From Octopus vulgaris (taxonomy: Eukaryota): DNA of 64,000 bases. Where the stretch lies: positions 88,536,001 through 88,600,000 of the forward strand of contig OX597820.1 in assembly GCA_951406725.2 (NCBI GenBank). The letters are read 5' to 3'. Positions 25,496-38,754 of this stretch are shown here, piece by piece. Made by a program: the position numbers and the translations under genes. Position 1 is the stretch's first letter; each line of letters begins with the position of its first letter. The notes under the pieces were generated by a model. It was not told the origin of the DNA, made no database searches, and saw only the letters and a list, made by a program, of their open reading frames with translations.

Positions 25496-25843
25496 TGGCT
25501 GTGTGGTAAGTAGCTTGCTTACCAACCACATGGTTCTGGGTTCAGTCCCACTGCGTGGCACATTGGGCAAGTGTCGTCTGAACTCAGAACGTAACGGCAG
25601 ACAAAATATTTATTTCTTTACTACCCACAAGGAGCTAAACACAGAGAGGACAAACAACGACAGACAAACGGATTAAGTCGATTATATCGACGCCAGTGCG
25701 TAACTGGTACTTATTTAATCGACCCCGAAAGGATGAAAGGCAAAGCCGACCTCGGCGGAATTTGAACTCTGAACGTAACGGCAGACGAAATACCGCAAAG
25801 CATTTCGCCCAGCGTGCTAACGATTCTGCCAGCTCGCCGCCTT
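25496..25843. mobile_element. Family A head (+, 25496-25577) fused to family B copy (-, 25578-25843)
   Basis: Abrupt switch at gtgtcgt|ctgaactcagaacg. Confidence 0.8.
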
Positions 25844-27075
25844 AAACAATTATTATTATTATTATTATTATCACGTACTTATACTTGAGACTTGTCAGAA
25901 AGTGGAACAATTTTTTTTTAAATTGCACAGACCTTGAAAATCATTGTATTTACGGGTTAATATACAGAACTGTATGGACGTTATAAATAAAAACAGACTT
26001 ATGCATTATAAGTCTGCTAAATGCATTATTAAGTCTATTATAATTGATATGCTGAAAATGCTTGCTTTTAAATCACACAATTAATTGAAGGCGATAATTA
26101 TCTATCAATAAATATGGATTGATGAGTTAGCTTAATTTTTCAGTATTTTTCTAATTGTTGAATAAAACATACGGGTAGCTCTTGTGATAGCATGGGCTGA
26201 GAAACAAACATCTGGTGACTGTCCAAGTCCACGTATAGATAAGATCATATATTTTTATCATTTAGTTTTGTGCTAAAGGGAATTTTGAGTTTATCTGTGT
26301 AAATATCTGAATATAATAAGGTGATGACTTGATAATAAACATATGAGTTTCACAACTTTATTGTTTTATAGTATTAATCTAAAGAAGCAATAGAGGGGTA
26401 CACAGGAGCTGGAAGTGACCTAGTATATGACTGGTACTTAGCTGGCAGGCCTTGGAAGAAGCAAGAGCAAACTTGAACCCAGAAGGACATGGACTTAGAA
26501 CGAGAACGGATGTTGCTAAGTACCCCAAAGTATCGTCAAGTACCCTCATAATTCTGCCAATTCGCCGCTTTCTCTTCTGAAAATATATTAATGTCTAAAA
26601 CAACCACAAGGTTATACATCTTGTGGAAAGGTTGAGTCAATTAAATCCACTTTTACAACTGGGTTTTTTCTTTCTGTTCTCTTCTCTGGCCAACTTAGGT
26701 GCAAGTTTAGCTGACTGGTTACGAAGTTTATTTGCATATTACGCAGTTTTGGACGTCCATTTCATAATTTTGCATTTTTCACAAGTGTCTTTTAACATTG
26801 AGTTTGACCGATCGCTTGAGTGCGACGGAAACTTTGTGGCTTTCCTCGAATGGACTCTACCTATTTTAGTGGTGTAGACTCAGTCTGGCGCTAGGTTTAA
26901 CACTGCTGCCTACCTAACTCTTCGATTCTTTTAGCAGAGTTAACTCTGCTAAAGTTAATTTCGTCTCTTCTCAACAATCTCGGACGTCATTCAAGGTCAT
27001 TAAGCTCTTCTGATTAAGGTATAAGAAGAAACATCGACAATAATTTGATTTCTTTTGTAATACTTAATTTGAAGA

Positions 27076-27850
27076 GGGCGGCGAGCTGGCAGAAACGTTA
27101 GCACGCCGGATGACATGCTTAGCAGTATTTCGTCTGTCTTTACGTTCTGAGTTCAAATTCCGCCGAGGTCGACTTTGCCTTTCATTCTTTCGGGGTCGAT
27201 TAAATAAGTACCAGTTACGCACTGGGGTCGATATAATCGACTTAATCCGTCTGTCTGTCCTTGTTTGTCCTCTCTGTGTTTAGCCCCTTGTGGATAGTAA
27301 AGAAATAGAAATAGGTATTTCGTCTGCCGCTACGTTCTGAGTTCAAATTGCGCCGAGATCGACTTTGCCTTTCAACCTTTCGGGGTCGATTAAATAAGTA
27401 CCAGTTACGCACTGGAGTCTATATAATCGACTTAATCCGTTTGTCTGTCCTTGTTTGTCCCCTCTGTGTTTAGCCCCTTGTGGGTAGTAATGAAATAGGT
27501 ATTTCGTCTGTCTTGACGTTCTGAGTTCAAATTCCGCCAAGGTCAACTTTGCCTTTCATCCTTTCGGGGTCGATTGAATAAGTACCAGTTGCGCACTGGG
27601 GTCGATATAATCGACTTAATTCGTTTGTATGTCCTTGTTTGTTCCCTCTGTGTGTAGCCCATTGTGGGCAATAAAGAAATAGGTATTCTGTTCGTTTTTC
27701 ATTCTGTGTTGAAATTCTGCCTAACTCGTTTTTGCTTTTATCATTGCGGGGTCGATTAAATAAGTACCACTTAAACACTGGGACTGAGGTAATCGACATA
27801 CCCACTTCCATGAACTTGCTGGCCTTGTGCCAAAATTTGAAGCCAATACT
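27076..27850 (+). mobile_element. SINE family B array: one head plus four ~185-bp body units
   Basis: Units start at about 27125, 27313, 27498 and 27681, each at (g)gtatttcgtc; the last unit is the most diverged and has a different tail. Confidence 0.88.
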
Positions 27851-28142
27851 TGATTTGAAGAAACATCAATTCCACCCCCACCCTCATCTCTCAATATTAC
27901 AAACATCGATCTTGCCAATCTGGGAGAAAACGTGAAAAGATTAGAAATACTGATCTTTCTGCTTTCTTATTCAATAAAAAAAAGTATCCTGACGGAAATG
28001 GTAAAAAAGATATACGAAATGGAACTGCACGGAATTAAAGGACGGTAAAGGAACTTCATAATCGAACTACAAACGCTGTTATTGGAGATTTGCAACACAT
28101 AATAGTCTTAATACTTGTGTTATTAGCGTCAATATTAACATA

Positions 28143-28305
28143 AGCGCAGGCATGGCTGTGTGGTAGGGAGTTTGCTTTCCAACTACATGGTTCCGAGTTC
28201 AATCCCACTGCGGGGCACCTTGGACAAGTCTCTTCTACGATCGCCTCGGGCCGACCGAAGCCTTGTGAGTTGGATTTGGAAAACGGAAACTGAAGGAAAC
28301 CCATC

Positions 28306-28372
<67 letters not shown>

Positions 28373-28912
28373 TGAGTGTGTGTGTATGTGTGTGTGTGTC
28401 CCTCATCACTGCTTGACAGCCGGTGTGGGCTTGTTTATGTCCCCGTAACTTAACGGTTCGGCTAAAAGTATCCCGATGGAATAAGTACCAGGCTTAAAAT
28501 AATAAGTACTGGGGTCGATTCACTCAACTAAATGTGCTTTAACACGGTGTCCCAGCATGGCCGCAGTCTAATGACTGAGATTTAAAAAAAAAAAATAGAA
28601 AATAAGATATTTATATGATAGACAAAAAAAAAACACTTTAATTCTAGGTTGATAAATATTTTATCAGTTTCCAGAAAATGAAAACGCAGAATGTGGGAAA
28701 CAACGTCGTCATGAAAGCCAGTGTATGAAATAATTAAAGTACATCAATGTATGATTAAGAAGGTCGCCTCGCAAACACATGGTTCTAAACTCAGTCTCCC
28801 AACGTAGCACATTGGACAAGTGACTTCTATTATAGCCCTGAACGGACCAATGCTTTTTGTGAGAATTTGGAGGAGTGGAAACTGTGTAGAAACCCGTCGT
28901 ATATATATATAT

Positions 28913-28961
<49 letters not shown>

Positions 28962-29430
28962 TGAGTGTATCTTTATGTCGGTGGTGGGGGACAAACACCG
29001 ACACGAAGACATACACGCTTGACAACCGGTGTTGGTGTGTTTACATCCCTTAAACTAGCAGTTCGGCAAAAGATACCGATAGAATAAGTAGCAGGCTTGC
29101 AAAAAAAAAAGTACTGGGGGGGCGATATATTCGTCTAAAGCCCTTGAAGGTGGTGCTCCAGCATGGCCGCAGTTAAATGACTGAAACAAGTAAAAGATAA
29201 AAGATGTATATATGTGTGTGCGTATGAGTGTTTGTTTGTGTGAGTGCATGCGCGTTGTGTTTGTTCCATACTACCGCTTGTCAACCGATGTTGGTTTGTT
29301 CACGTAACTTAGCAGTTTGGCAAAGAACCTGATAAAATAATTACTGGCGTCTATTTGCTCGATTAATCCCTTCAGGGCGATGCCCCAGCATGACCGCAGT
29401 CCAATGACTGAAATAAATAATGATAAAGGA
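28143..29430 (+). mobile_element. Cluster of family A SINEs (28143-28590, 28745-29203, extra tail 29270-29430)
   Basis: Repeated gcttgacaaccg...cagcatggccgcagtc.aatgactgaaa modules. Confidence 0.8.
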
Positions 29431-29681
29431 CACTGAGACAGCGAGTCTCCGGATAAAGTGGGATTAATTTGACATGCTTTCGTTTGATAAACAGATTCAG
29501 CCAGTGGTTGTCAGACTGTGATCATACAAATATTTTTCTGTGTGCGTGCGTGCGTGTGTGAGCATGCGCGCGCCTGTGTGTGTGTTTGTGTGAGTGTGTG
29601 CGATTTATCATCTGTGCTTAGGTGAGGGACAACTTGATGCTCCAACAATAAAAATACAAATAGATAAAATAACGAAAACGT

Positions 29682-29720
<39 letters not shown>

Positions 29721-30541
29721 AAATAACGATAAAATAAATGAAACTGCGTAAAAGTAAAAATAAAAAAGAAGCAACGCAAATAATATAAATGCAGTGAAAA
29801 TAAATATTCGCAAGTTGGGGTACTGGGCAAAAAGGCGAGACACACACACACACGAAAACACACACACACACAGACATTGACATATCCATTAATACTGTTA
29901 TAGACAGCAAGCAATAGGGCAGAGACTAAATTTCTGACATTTCTTCCCGCCCACCCAGCTTACTGTGATACCACTCCCATCATAACAGATCTTGCTTGTC
30001 ATAAACACTGGAGCTACCCAGACAACAGTGAAACGTCACTCAACAGAAACAAATGCTGGACGAGAAGACATTTCATTCGCCTTTTGATGCTTCACTGAGG
30101 CGTTTAAGTTTAAGGTCAACAGCTATAACAACAATGTTAGCTACTACATACCTTAAATAACTGTCAATATAATAGCCATCTTTATTCCCTTCCTGCCTTC
30201 CTAGAGATAATTCTCGGTAGTTAACAAATCAATTAATTCTCTAATTGACGGTGTCTAATTAATGTAAGGCTTCAGTGGCTAAAGCAGATTATTTTTGCCT
30301 CATTGCATGAAATTATGAACGTTTGGGTTTGTTTAAGTGTGTTGTTATGCAGTTGTGTACATACGCGAGGCTGTGAGGTAAGAAGTTTGCTTCTCAACCA
30401 CCTAGTTCAGGGTTCAGTCCCATTCCGTGGCACCTTGAGCAATGTTTTCTACTTATAGAGTCAGTCGGATCTACAGAAGTCTTGTAAGTAGATCTGGTTG
30501 ATGGAAACTGAAGGAAGCCCACCGCATACACACATGTGTAT

Positions 30542-30586
<45 letters not shown>

Positions 30587-30742
30587 GCAAGTGAAAAAGA
30601 CAAACAAAAAAAACAAAACAGAAAAAAACGACATATATCGTATCGATTTAATGCTCGAGAAATTGAAATGGAAACTCTTAACGATTCGGACGCTAGTCTT
30701 TTATCAAAAGAAAAAATAACCAGAGAAAGAGAGTGGAGAGGA

Positions 30743-30783
<41 letters not shown>

Positions 30784-31943
30784 AATACAGTAACAAATAT
30801 TAAGTAAAACAAGTAAAAAAAAATACTTGGGAAGGATGCATTGTAAGGAGGAGGATTGAAATTCAGGAAATACCGATCTATGGAGGAAATCAGAAGTGGA
30901 GGGGAGGCCTGCTGGTAAGTACAGTACATATGTTTGAATGTTTGTGGTGCTTGAGAGTTTGCATATGGTGGAACGGTACAGGTGCATACGTCGGTGAGGT
31001 GAATGGATGTGTTCGGATGTGTGTAGGTAAGTAAATTTGGTAGCATCGGTTAGAGAGTCTAGAGGATTGTGAAGTGTGTGTAAGTGTGTGTGTGTGTGTG
31101 TATGTATTGTTAGGTGGCTGGGGTAAACGCGTTCATGCAAAGGTGTATAAGCACACGTGTGTGTGTGTGTGTGCGTGTGTGCATGCATCTCTGTGTGTGT
31201 GTGAGTGTGTGAGTGTATGTGCGTGTGTGCGAACGTGAATGTGTGTGCGAGCATGTGCGAGCATGAATGTGTACGTGTTGTGTTTGACTACTTGTATCAA
31301 GGAAGTGCTGTAAAATGGAATGTACGAGATGCGCATAGGTATTTCTGCGCACGTGTGGACGTATGGAAAACCATGGAGGGTAGGAAAAGCCTTTTTCCCT
31401 GACATGCTGCTCTGAAACGAAGAGTAATAAGCTGAAGAAAAGTCCGAGAAGCTGAAAATACAATATAAGATAGGAAATTCTAAAAAGAGGAAAACGGCAA
31501 AATTCAAGAGATGCCAAAATAGGATTAAAAGAGTTCAAACAAAAGATGAACAGAGAATGAGAGAGGAGGAAAGAGAGAAGGAGAGAGAGGGAAGAGAGAG
31601 AGAAGAGACAGAAAGCAGGAAGAGAGGGAGAAAGAAGGAGAGAGAGAATACTAAAAAAAAATTTTTATGAGTTCGATCTGGAGAATGAAGCCATGCCCGT
31701 GGCCTTCGCAAACCCTTAGAGACTGTTGTTACTCCTGTTCTAAAACGACAGTTTCGCGAAAAACATTTGTTAGGAAAATCTTCCAAAGTTTCGTATTTCG
31801 AAAAGGAAGGATTTGATGATGCAGTAGTTAGTGCGGCGCTAGGGTTGGGGGGGTGCAAATAAAACAAAAATTCATATTTGTTGACATCATCAAAATTTTA
31901 GAAACTTTCGAGAGAACACAAAATGATGAATAAAAAAAGTTGA

Positions 31944-32477
31944 AGGCACAGGAGTGGCTGTGTGGTAAGTAGCTTGCTAACCAACCGGGTTCCGGTTCAG
32001 TCCCACATTTTGCGTGTGCAGTTTAACCTTCGGGCATGTTTTCTGCTATAGCCCCGGGCTGACCAATGCGCGCGTCTACGATGAGTGGATTTGGTAGACG
32101 GAAACTGAATTTAACATCATGTCGTATTCCATTTTAATGCATATATGTATGTGTGTGTGTGTTTGTGTGGCGGAGTTTGGCGTCTCCGCTCAGCATTGCT
32201 GCAACCGATGTTTGGTGTGTTTGCGTCCCTCGTCACTGTGGGGAAGCGGTTAAGGCAAATCAACGTTGTAAAGCGTTGTCAAGGAGACCAGCGTTCTTTT
32301 AGAACAACGTACTTCATGGGCTTGAAGACAAAAACAGAATGGCTAAGAAAGCCCGGGATCGAGTTGCTCGATTAAAGGGAAGTAACTCTCTAAAAATGCT
32401 TATATAGTTATTTCCGCAGTCAAATGACCCGAGCAACGCCGGGCGATACTGTAAAAGAGATGAATAGAGTAAAAGAG
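31944..32477 (+). other. Collinear mosaic of SINE family A and the 513-bp Helitron
   Basis: Alternating short blocks match 43121-43535 (SINE) and 35593-36105 (Helitron) in order. Confidence 0.8.
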
Positions 32478-33043
32478 AACTATCTCAAACCAAAAGTCGA
32501 ACGTTTTCAACCAAATATTTACATGCTGTTCTTTGTAGCTGTATGTGATGTGCTTCGAGAGCCATTATCCCCCCACACACACACACACACTCACACACAA
32601 CAAAATTTTAAAAATCATATATTAACAAATCAACACGGTATTAACATTGTTATATTACTAATTGATTATTAAACTTATTGATAGGCCTACTGGATCTGAC
32701 GAAAACCATGCACCGGTAATGACACATTGCAAAGCTGTTGCTTTAACTGCTGTAGTCGCTTCGTTACTTTCCCGAATGGGTAAAAACCATTTATTCTACA
32801 TTAAGCCGTCCATTTAATCCATTTAATGGTGTTATATGTAATATCGCACTGCAGAGTGTGAAAGCTGTTTCTTTCGTTCAAGGTGATGCTAATATTTTGG
32901 GATGAGTTTATCGTCACATCATTTTTTTTTTTTTCATAAGTAGTGGAAGGAATCGTGAGAGATCTTATGGAAACTATGGATCCATGGTTTAAACACACCT
33001 CATTCGGAAAAAAACAGTCGTAGTGTTTAGTAAGATTTTGAAA

Positions 33044-33680
33044 GCGCGGCGTGGCTGAGTGGTTGAGAAGCTTGCTTCCCAATCACATGGTCTTGGGTTC
33101 AGTCCCACTGCGCGACGCCTTCCGCAGATGTCGTCTTCTATAGCCCTGAATCGACCAGAGGTTTCTTAGTGAATTTCCTAGACGTAACTGAAAGAAACTT
33201 GTCGTATATCTTTGTGTGTGTAGGCGGGGTGCGCGCGCACGTAGGTGTTTGTGCCCCACCACCTCTAGACAAACGGTGACGGAAACACACCGCTGATTAG
33301 TGTGTTTACGTGCTCGTGACTTAGCGGTTCGGTTAAAGACCGATAGAATAGGTACCAGGCTTAAAAAATAGTACTTGAGTCGATTCATTCGAGTAAAAAT
33401 TCTCCACGGTGATGCCCCAGCATGGTCACAGTCTAATGGCTGAAACAAGTAAAAGAGAAAAGATATACGTGTGTGTGTGTTTACTTACCAACACCGCTTA
33501 ACAACCAGCGTTGGTCTGTCTACGCGCCAGTAACTTAGCAGTTTAACAAAAGGTAACGATAGAATAAGTACCATGCTTTAAGAAAAATGCTGTGGCGTCG
33601 ATTTCGTCGACTAAAGCCTTCAAGGCGGCGTCCTAGCATGGTCGGAGTCTAATGATTGAAACTAGTAAAATATAAAAGAT
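33044..33680 (+). mobile_element. SINE family A with a duplicated 3' half
   Basis: Full copy 33044-33462 followed by a second tail at 33490-33680. Confidence 0.78.
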
Positions 33681-34415
33681 AAATATTGGGCTTAATTAAA
33701 CATAGCAAGCAGAGCAAAGGCTATCGGCGTTTATTTCAGTAATTCATCATCGGAGGAACATGTCAAGAAGCATGGAGTGACAGAAAACATGCGATTCAAA
33801 TCATATCCAAAAGATTCAGAGAAGCAAAAACAGCGAATTTAATTCAACAATTTCATACTTGATGAAGAAATTGGCACTGAACCTGAAAGAAGCGAAAGGA
33901 GAAATTAAAGTACCAACAAAAATATGTCGTTGACGGCATATTGGATCTCCTTTCATTAATTTTTAATAAAGATCTCATCAAAGAATACATTGCTGTTGAA
34001 TCTGAACATTCTTCTAAAATGGCGGTTTTAGCTATAAAAAAAAAATGTCGATGCTGATTTAATCAATGGAGAGTTGTTAAGCCTTTTTTTTTTTCCATGA
34101 AATCTAATCCGGTGAATTAGCAGAGTCGACAGATCGTCGGAAATAATGTCTCATGATATTTGTTCCGACATTCTGCACTCTGACTTCAAATCTTGCCAGG
34201 GTTTACTTTACTTTTCCAGGTCGATAAAAAGAAGGACAACTACAAGGCGGTGGACTGGCCGAGCTGTTTGAGAGCCGGGCAAGCTATAATATAATATAAA
34301 ATAATATAATATAATATAATATAATATAAAATAATATAAAATAAGCTTTATCAATGTCAAATACTTAATGTATGTCTGTTGTTAAGTGCATCCAGGATGC
34401 GGTATTACGTCCAAT

Positions 34416-34647
34416 TGGCGGCGAGCTGGCAGAACCGTTAGCACGTCGGACGAAATGCTTAGCGGTATTTCGCCTGCCATTACGTTCTGAGTTCAAATTC
34501 CGCCGAGGTCGACTTTGCCTTTCATCCTTTCGGGGTCGATAAACTAAGTACTAGTTACGCACTGGGGTCGATGTAATCGACTTAATACCTATGTCTGTCC
34601 TTGTTTGTTCCCTCTATGTTTAGCCCCTTGTGGGTAATAAAGAAATA
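34416..34647 (+). mobile_element. SINE family B, full length with TSD
   Basis: 14-bp direct repeat ggtattacgtccaa on both sides. Confidence 0.88.
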
Positions 34648-35117
34648 GGTATTACGTCCAAGGGAAAAAGAAGTAGAGCGTTAGAAAACACCGTATGCGT
34701 CAAAGTCAGGCGAAACGAATTACCCCGGAGGCGAACGAGGATGGTAACTATTGATATTTTGCTGTAGATAATACTCACATTACAGAGTTGCTTCTAATAT
34801 GTATATACTTTAAGTCAGCAATTCGAATTCTTTCCAAGGGTGAATCGAATATACGGTATCGATGAAACTGAAATAACACGGAAATGTCGATATTTGTAGT
34901 TCTCTGGGTGATTCGTTTCGCATATACTGTGTTGTTATCTTATAACCTTTGCACGCCGGGAAAAGTGCTTTGTGGTATTTTGTCTGCTGTTACGTTCTGA
35001 GTTCAAATGCCGCCGAGCTCGACTTCGTCTTTCATCTTTTCGGAGTCGATAAAATAAGTACCAGCTGAACACTGAGGTCGATGTAATCGACTTAGACCCC
35101 TCCACTGAACTTGCTGA

Positions 35118-35358
35118 TGACGAGAGTTTCAGTTGATCCGATCAACGGAACAGCCTGCTCCTGAAATTAACGTGCATGTGACTGAATACTTCACAGACAC
35201 GCACACCCTTAACGTAGTTCTCTGGGTGATTCAGCGAGACCACAGAATGTGACATTTTGAAATACTGGTACCAATCATTTTTGCTACCGCCTGGAATCGA
35301 ACTCACAAGCTAACGATCGCCAGCTGAATATCCTACCCACTAAACCGCGCGCCTTCAC
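35118..35358 (-). mobile_element. Older SINE with a family C-type tail
   Basis: gttgatccgatcaacggaacagcctgctc...aattaacgtg is the reverse complement of the family C tail; tRNA-like head at about 35290-35358. Confidence 0.65.
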
Positions 35359-35592
35359 AATATAGTATAGAATAGTATAATAGTCAAATGCGGAACCGTG
35401 TCATTAACCAGACTAAAAGTTTTGACAACAAATAAATAATTAAGTGAAGTTAGCAGTTTCTGTGTGGTTTTTCAATGGCTTACATGTCTCTTCTACGCTC
35501 GCATTAATTTCAACACACGGTCTCAGATCAAATCACCAGACATGTGTGTGTGTGTGCGCGCGCGTGTGTGAACAAGTCTTAATTTAAACATA

Positions 35593-36105
35593 TCTATATA
35601 TATAAAACTGTAGTTGTGTGAGTGTCTGTCCCCTTCGATTTAGATTCCTATCTACTCCCACATTTTGCGGTGCAGTTTAACCAAATTCGGGTATCTTATA
35701 GTCGTGATTCATATCGAGCCCGTCTGAGTATTAGCGCGCGTCTACAATGAGTCTACGATTTAAAAAATAATTTAACATCATTTTTTATTCCATTTTAATG
35801 CATAATTTTTCGTGTGTCGATGGCGGCGGAGTTGGCGTCCATGGTCACACCTGCACCTGTTTGCTTCTCCCCCTTCTTCCCTCCCTCGTGAAGCTGTGGG
35901 GAAGGGAGTGTAAGGAAATCAACGTCGTAAAGCGTTGTCAAGGAGACCAGCGTTCTTTTAGAACAACGACTTCATGGCTTGAAGACACCAAAACAGAAAT
36001 GGCTAAGAAAGCCCGAATTGGCATCTATAAGGGAAGTAACTCTCTAAAAATGCTTATATAGTTATTTCCCTTACAAACCCGAGCAACGCCGGGCGATACT
36101 GCTAG
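35593..36105 (+). mobile_element. Non-autonomous Helitron (513 bp), copy 1
   Basis: A|TCTATATATATAAAA 5' end, subterminal hairpin cccgagcaacgccggg, CTAG|T 3' end, no TSD. Confidence 0.88.
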
Positions 36106-36469
36106 TTTCTTATAAACAGCGCTCTAGTTTTAACTTTCTTTTTATTGATTTTTTTTCTTAATTTTTCATATTTTCGGTATAAGTCCCTTGCAGTTTGCTT
36201 GGAGTTGCGACGTTCCTAAATCTTTAATCAATGTTATAAACTTCCACTGTCTTGTCTTTTAAAAGAAGTGATGTTGGCTGCTACCCCTTTATAGGAGCCA
36301 GAGCCAATTTTATTGGTGACGATATTTAAACATAGAGGGGACAAATAAGGACAGACAAAGGGATTAAGTCGATCACATGGACCCCAGTGCGTAACTGGTA
36401 CTTATTTAATCGATCCCAAAAGGATGAAAGGCAAAGTCGAAATTTGAATTTTTAGCCGTTACATTATTA

Positions 36470-36806
36470 GGAGACCCCCTTCGGTCATGAATGACCATGG
36501 GATTGCACCTAGAAAGTTACCCTCCGAGGCACAAATCAGGGCAAGATTGTTTGCGGAAGGCTAGCAGTCGCCCAAGCATACCACCCTCTCTTCTCCACAC
36601 CACTGATGTTATCCAAGGGAAAGGCAAAGGCCGATACAGCTTGGCACCAGTGATGTCGCAACTAATTTCTACAGCTGAGTTAACTGGAGCAACGTGAAAT
36701 AAAGTGCCTTGCTCAAGAACACAACACGCAGCCCGGTCCGGGAATCGAACTCCCAACCTCACGATCGTAAGCTAGACGCCCTAACCACTGAGCCATGCGC
36801 CTTCAC
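36470..36806 (-). mobile_element. tRNA-derived SINE family D
   Basis: gaaggcgcatggctcagtggttagggcg...gagttcgattcccgg head; ttgctccagttaactcagctg core; distinct tail ending aatcccatggtcattcatgaccg. Confidence 0.8.
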
Positions 36807-37116
36807 TACATTAATATAACATCACCCCAATGTGAGTAGTATATGCTACCTATATATCTATTTTAACATTGCGTCTTGTTGTTTATATGTCTATTTTATA
36901 ATTGTGCTGTGTTATGAGTATTGCTTCTATCGGTTATTGTCTCTTTGTGTAGGAAATTCTATGCATCATAGGTGTGTCATCTATTAATGTTAACCTATCT
37001 AGTCTTATTTTGTTCTGTATGTTGTGCACGATAAGCCAGTAGGTAGGGGTTATAGTTGCATGGCTAATATAACAGTTGGATCTGTAAAGTTTGAAACTTT
37101 CAGTTCTATATTTAAA

Positions 37117-37631
37117 CTAGCAGTATCGCCCGGCGTTGCTCGGGTTTGTAAGGGAAATAACTATATAAGCATTTTTAGAGAGTTACTTCCCTTATAGATG
37201 CCAATTCGGGCTTTCTTAGCCATTTCTGTTTTGGTGTCTTCAAGCCATGAAGTCGTTGTTCTAAAAGAACGCTGGTCTCCTTGACAACGCTTTACGACGT
37301 TGATTTCCTTACACTCCCTTCCCCACAGCTTCACGAGGGAGGGAAGAAGGGGGAGAAGCAAACAGGTGCAGGTGTGACCGTGGACGCCAACTCCGCCGCC
37401 ATCGACACACACGAAAAATTATGCATTAAAATGGAATAAAAAATGATGTTAAATTATTTTTAAAATCGTAGACTCATCGTAGACGCGCGCTAATACTCAG
37501 ACGGGCTCGATATGAATCACGACTATAAGATACCCGAATTTGGTTAAACTGCACCGCAAAATGTGGGAGTAGTTAGGAATCTAAATCGAAGGGGACAGAC
37601 ACTCACACAACTACAGTTTTATATATATAGA
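37117..37631 (-). mobile_element. Non-autonomous Helitron (515 bp), copy 2
   Basis: Near-identical reverse complement of 35593-36105 with the same termini and A|T target. Confidence 0.88.
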
Positions 37632-37679
37632 TATCCGTCGAATGTAAATAATGTAAATAATGTAAATTTTGTAACTTTC

Positions 37680-38420
37680 ATTCTTTTATTCTCTGACTTG
37701 TTTCAGTCATTTGACTGCGGTCTTGCTGGAGCACTGCCTTGGAGGGTTTTAGTCGAAAAAAATCGACCTGGAACATATTTTTTAAGCCCAGTACTTATTT
37801 TATCGGGTTCTTTTGCCGAATCGATAAGTTACGGGGACGTAAACAGATCAACACCGGTTGTCAAGCGGTGGGAGACAAACACTGATACAAAGGCACACAC
37901 GCACATATATACGACAGGCTTCTTTCAGTTTCCGTCTTCCAAATCCACTCACGAGGTTTTGGTCAACCCGAGGCTATATTAGAAGACGCCACGCAGTGGG
38001 ACTGAACCTAGAACAATGTGGCGGGGATGCAAGCTTCTTACCTTACTACACAGCCACGCATGCGCCTGAGAATTATAAATCGCAGTTATAAGAGTTTTGT
38101 TCACATGTTTAGATACTTATAGTCTGTTGTTGAAAGGGAGGGTTTTAATTTTAGTATTATTGCTGTTAAATAATGGATTTGTGCAATGCATTTTCTGTTC
38201 TCTTTCTCTTTACTCATTACTCTTTTACTTGTTTCAGTCATTTGACTGCGACCATGCTGGAGCACAGCCTTTAGTCGAGCAAATCAACCCCAGAACTTAT
38301 TCTTTGTAAGCCTAGTACTTATTCCATCGGTCTCTTTTGCTGAACCGCTAAGTTACGGGGACGTAAGCACACCAGCATCGGTTGTCAAGCGATGTTGGGG
38401 GGAGAAACACAGACACACAA

Positions 38421-38457
<37 letters not shown>

Positions 38458-38636
38458 CATACATATACATATATACGACGGGCTTCTTTGTTTCCGTTTA
38501 CCAAATCCACTCACAAGGCTTTGGTCGACCCGAGGCTATAGTAGAAGACACTTGCCCAAGGTGCCACGCAGTGGGACTGAGCCCGGAACCATGTGGTTGG
38601 CAAACAAGCTACTTACCGGAACAGCCACTCCTGCAC
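37680..38636 (-). mobile_element. Two family A SINEs (37680-38066, 38205-38636)
   Basis: Reverse complements of 43121-43535. Confidence 0.85.
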
Positions 38637-38754
38637 CTGTTCTCTCTTATAAAGTTTTTGATTTTGTGTTTAACTATTCTATATTCCATGTAATCCCCCT
38701 TACGTGTGGTTTATAAAACAAGACAAAAAAAAACGGGTCAAGATTCTTGCCAAG

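Noticed and set aside
33730-33950. THAP-like fragments (FKSYPKD, PTKICR*RH)
   Set aside because: Short, interrupted and missing the N-terminal CxxxC and Trp; may be chance
35798-36061. Duplicated 83-87 aa ORF (also 37161-37412)
   Set aside because: Lies inside two copies of a non-autonomous Helitron and has no recognisable domain
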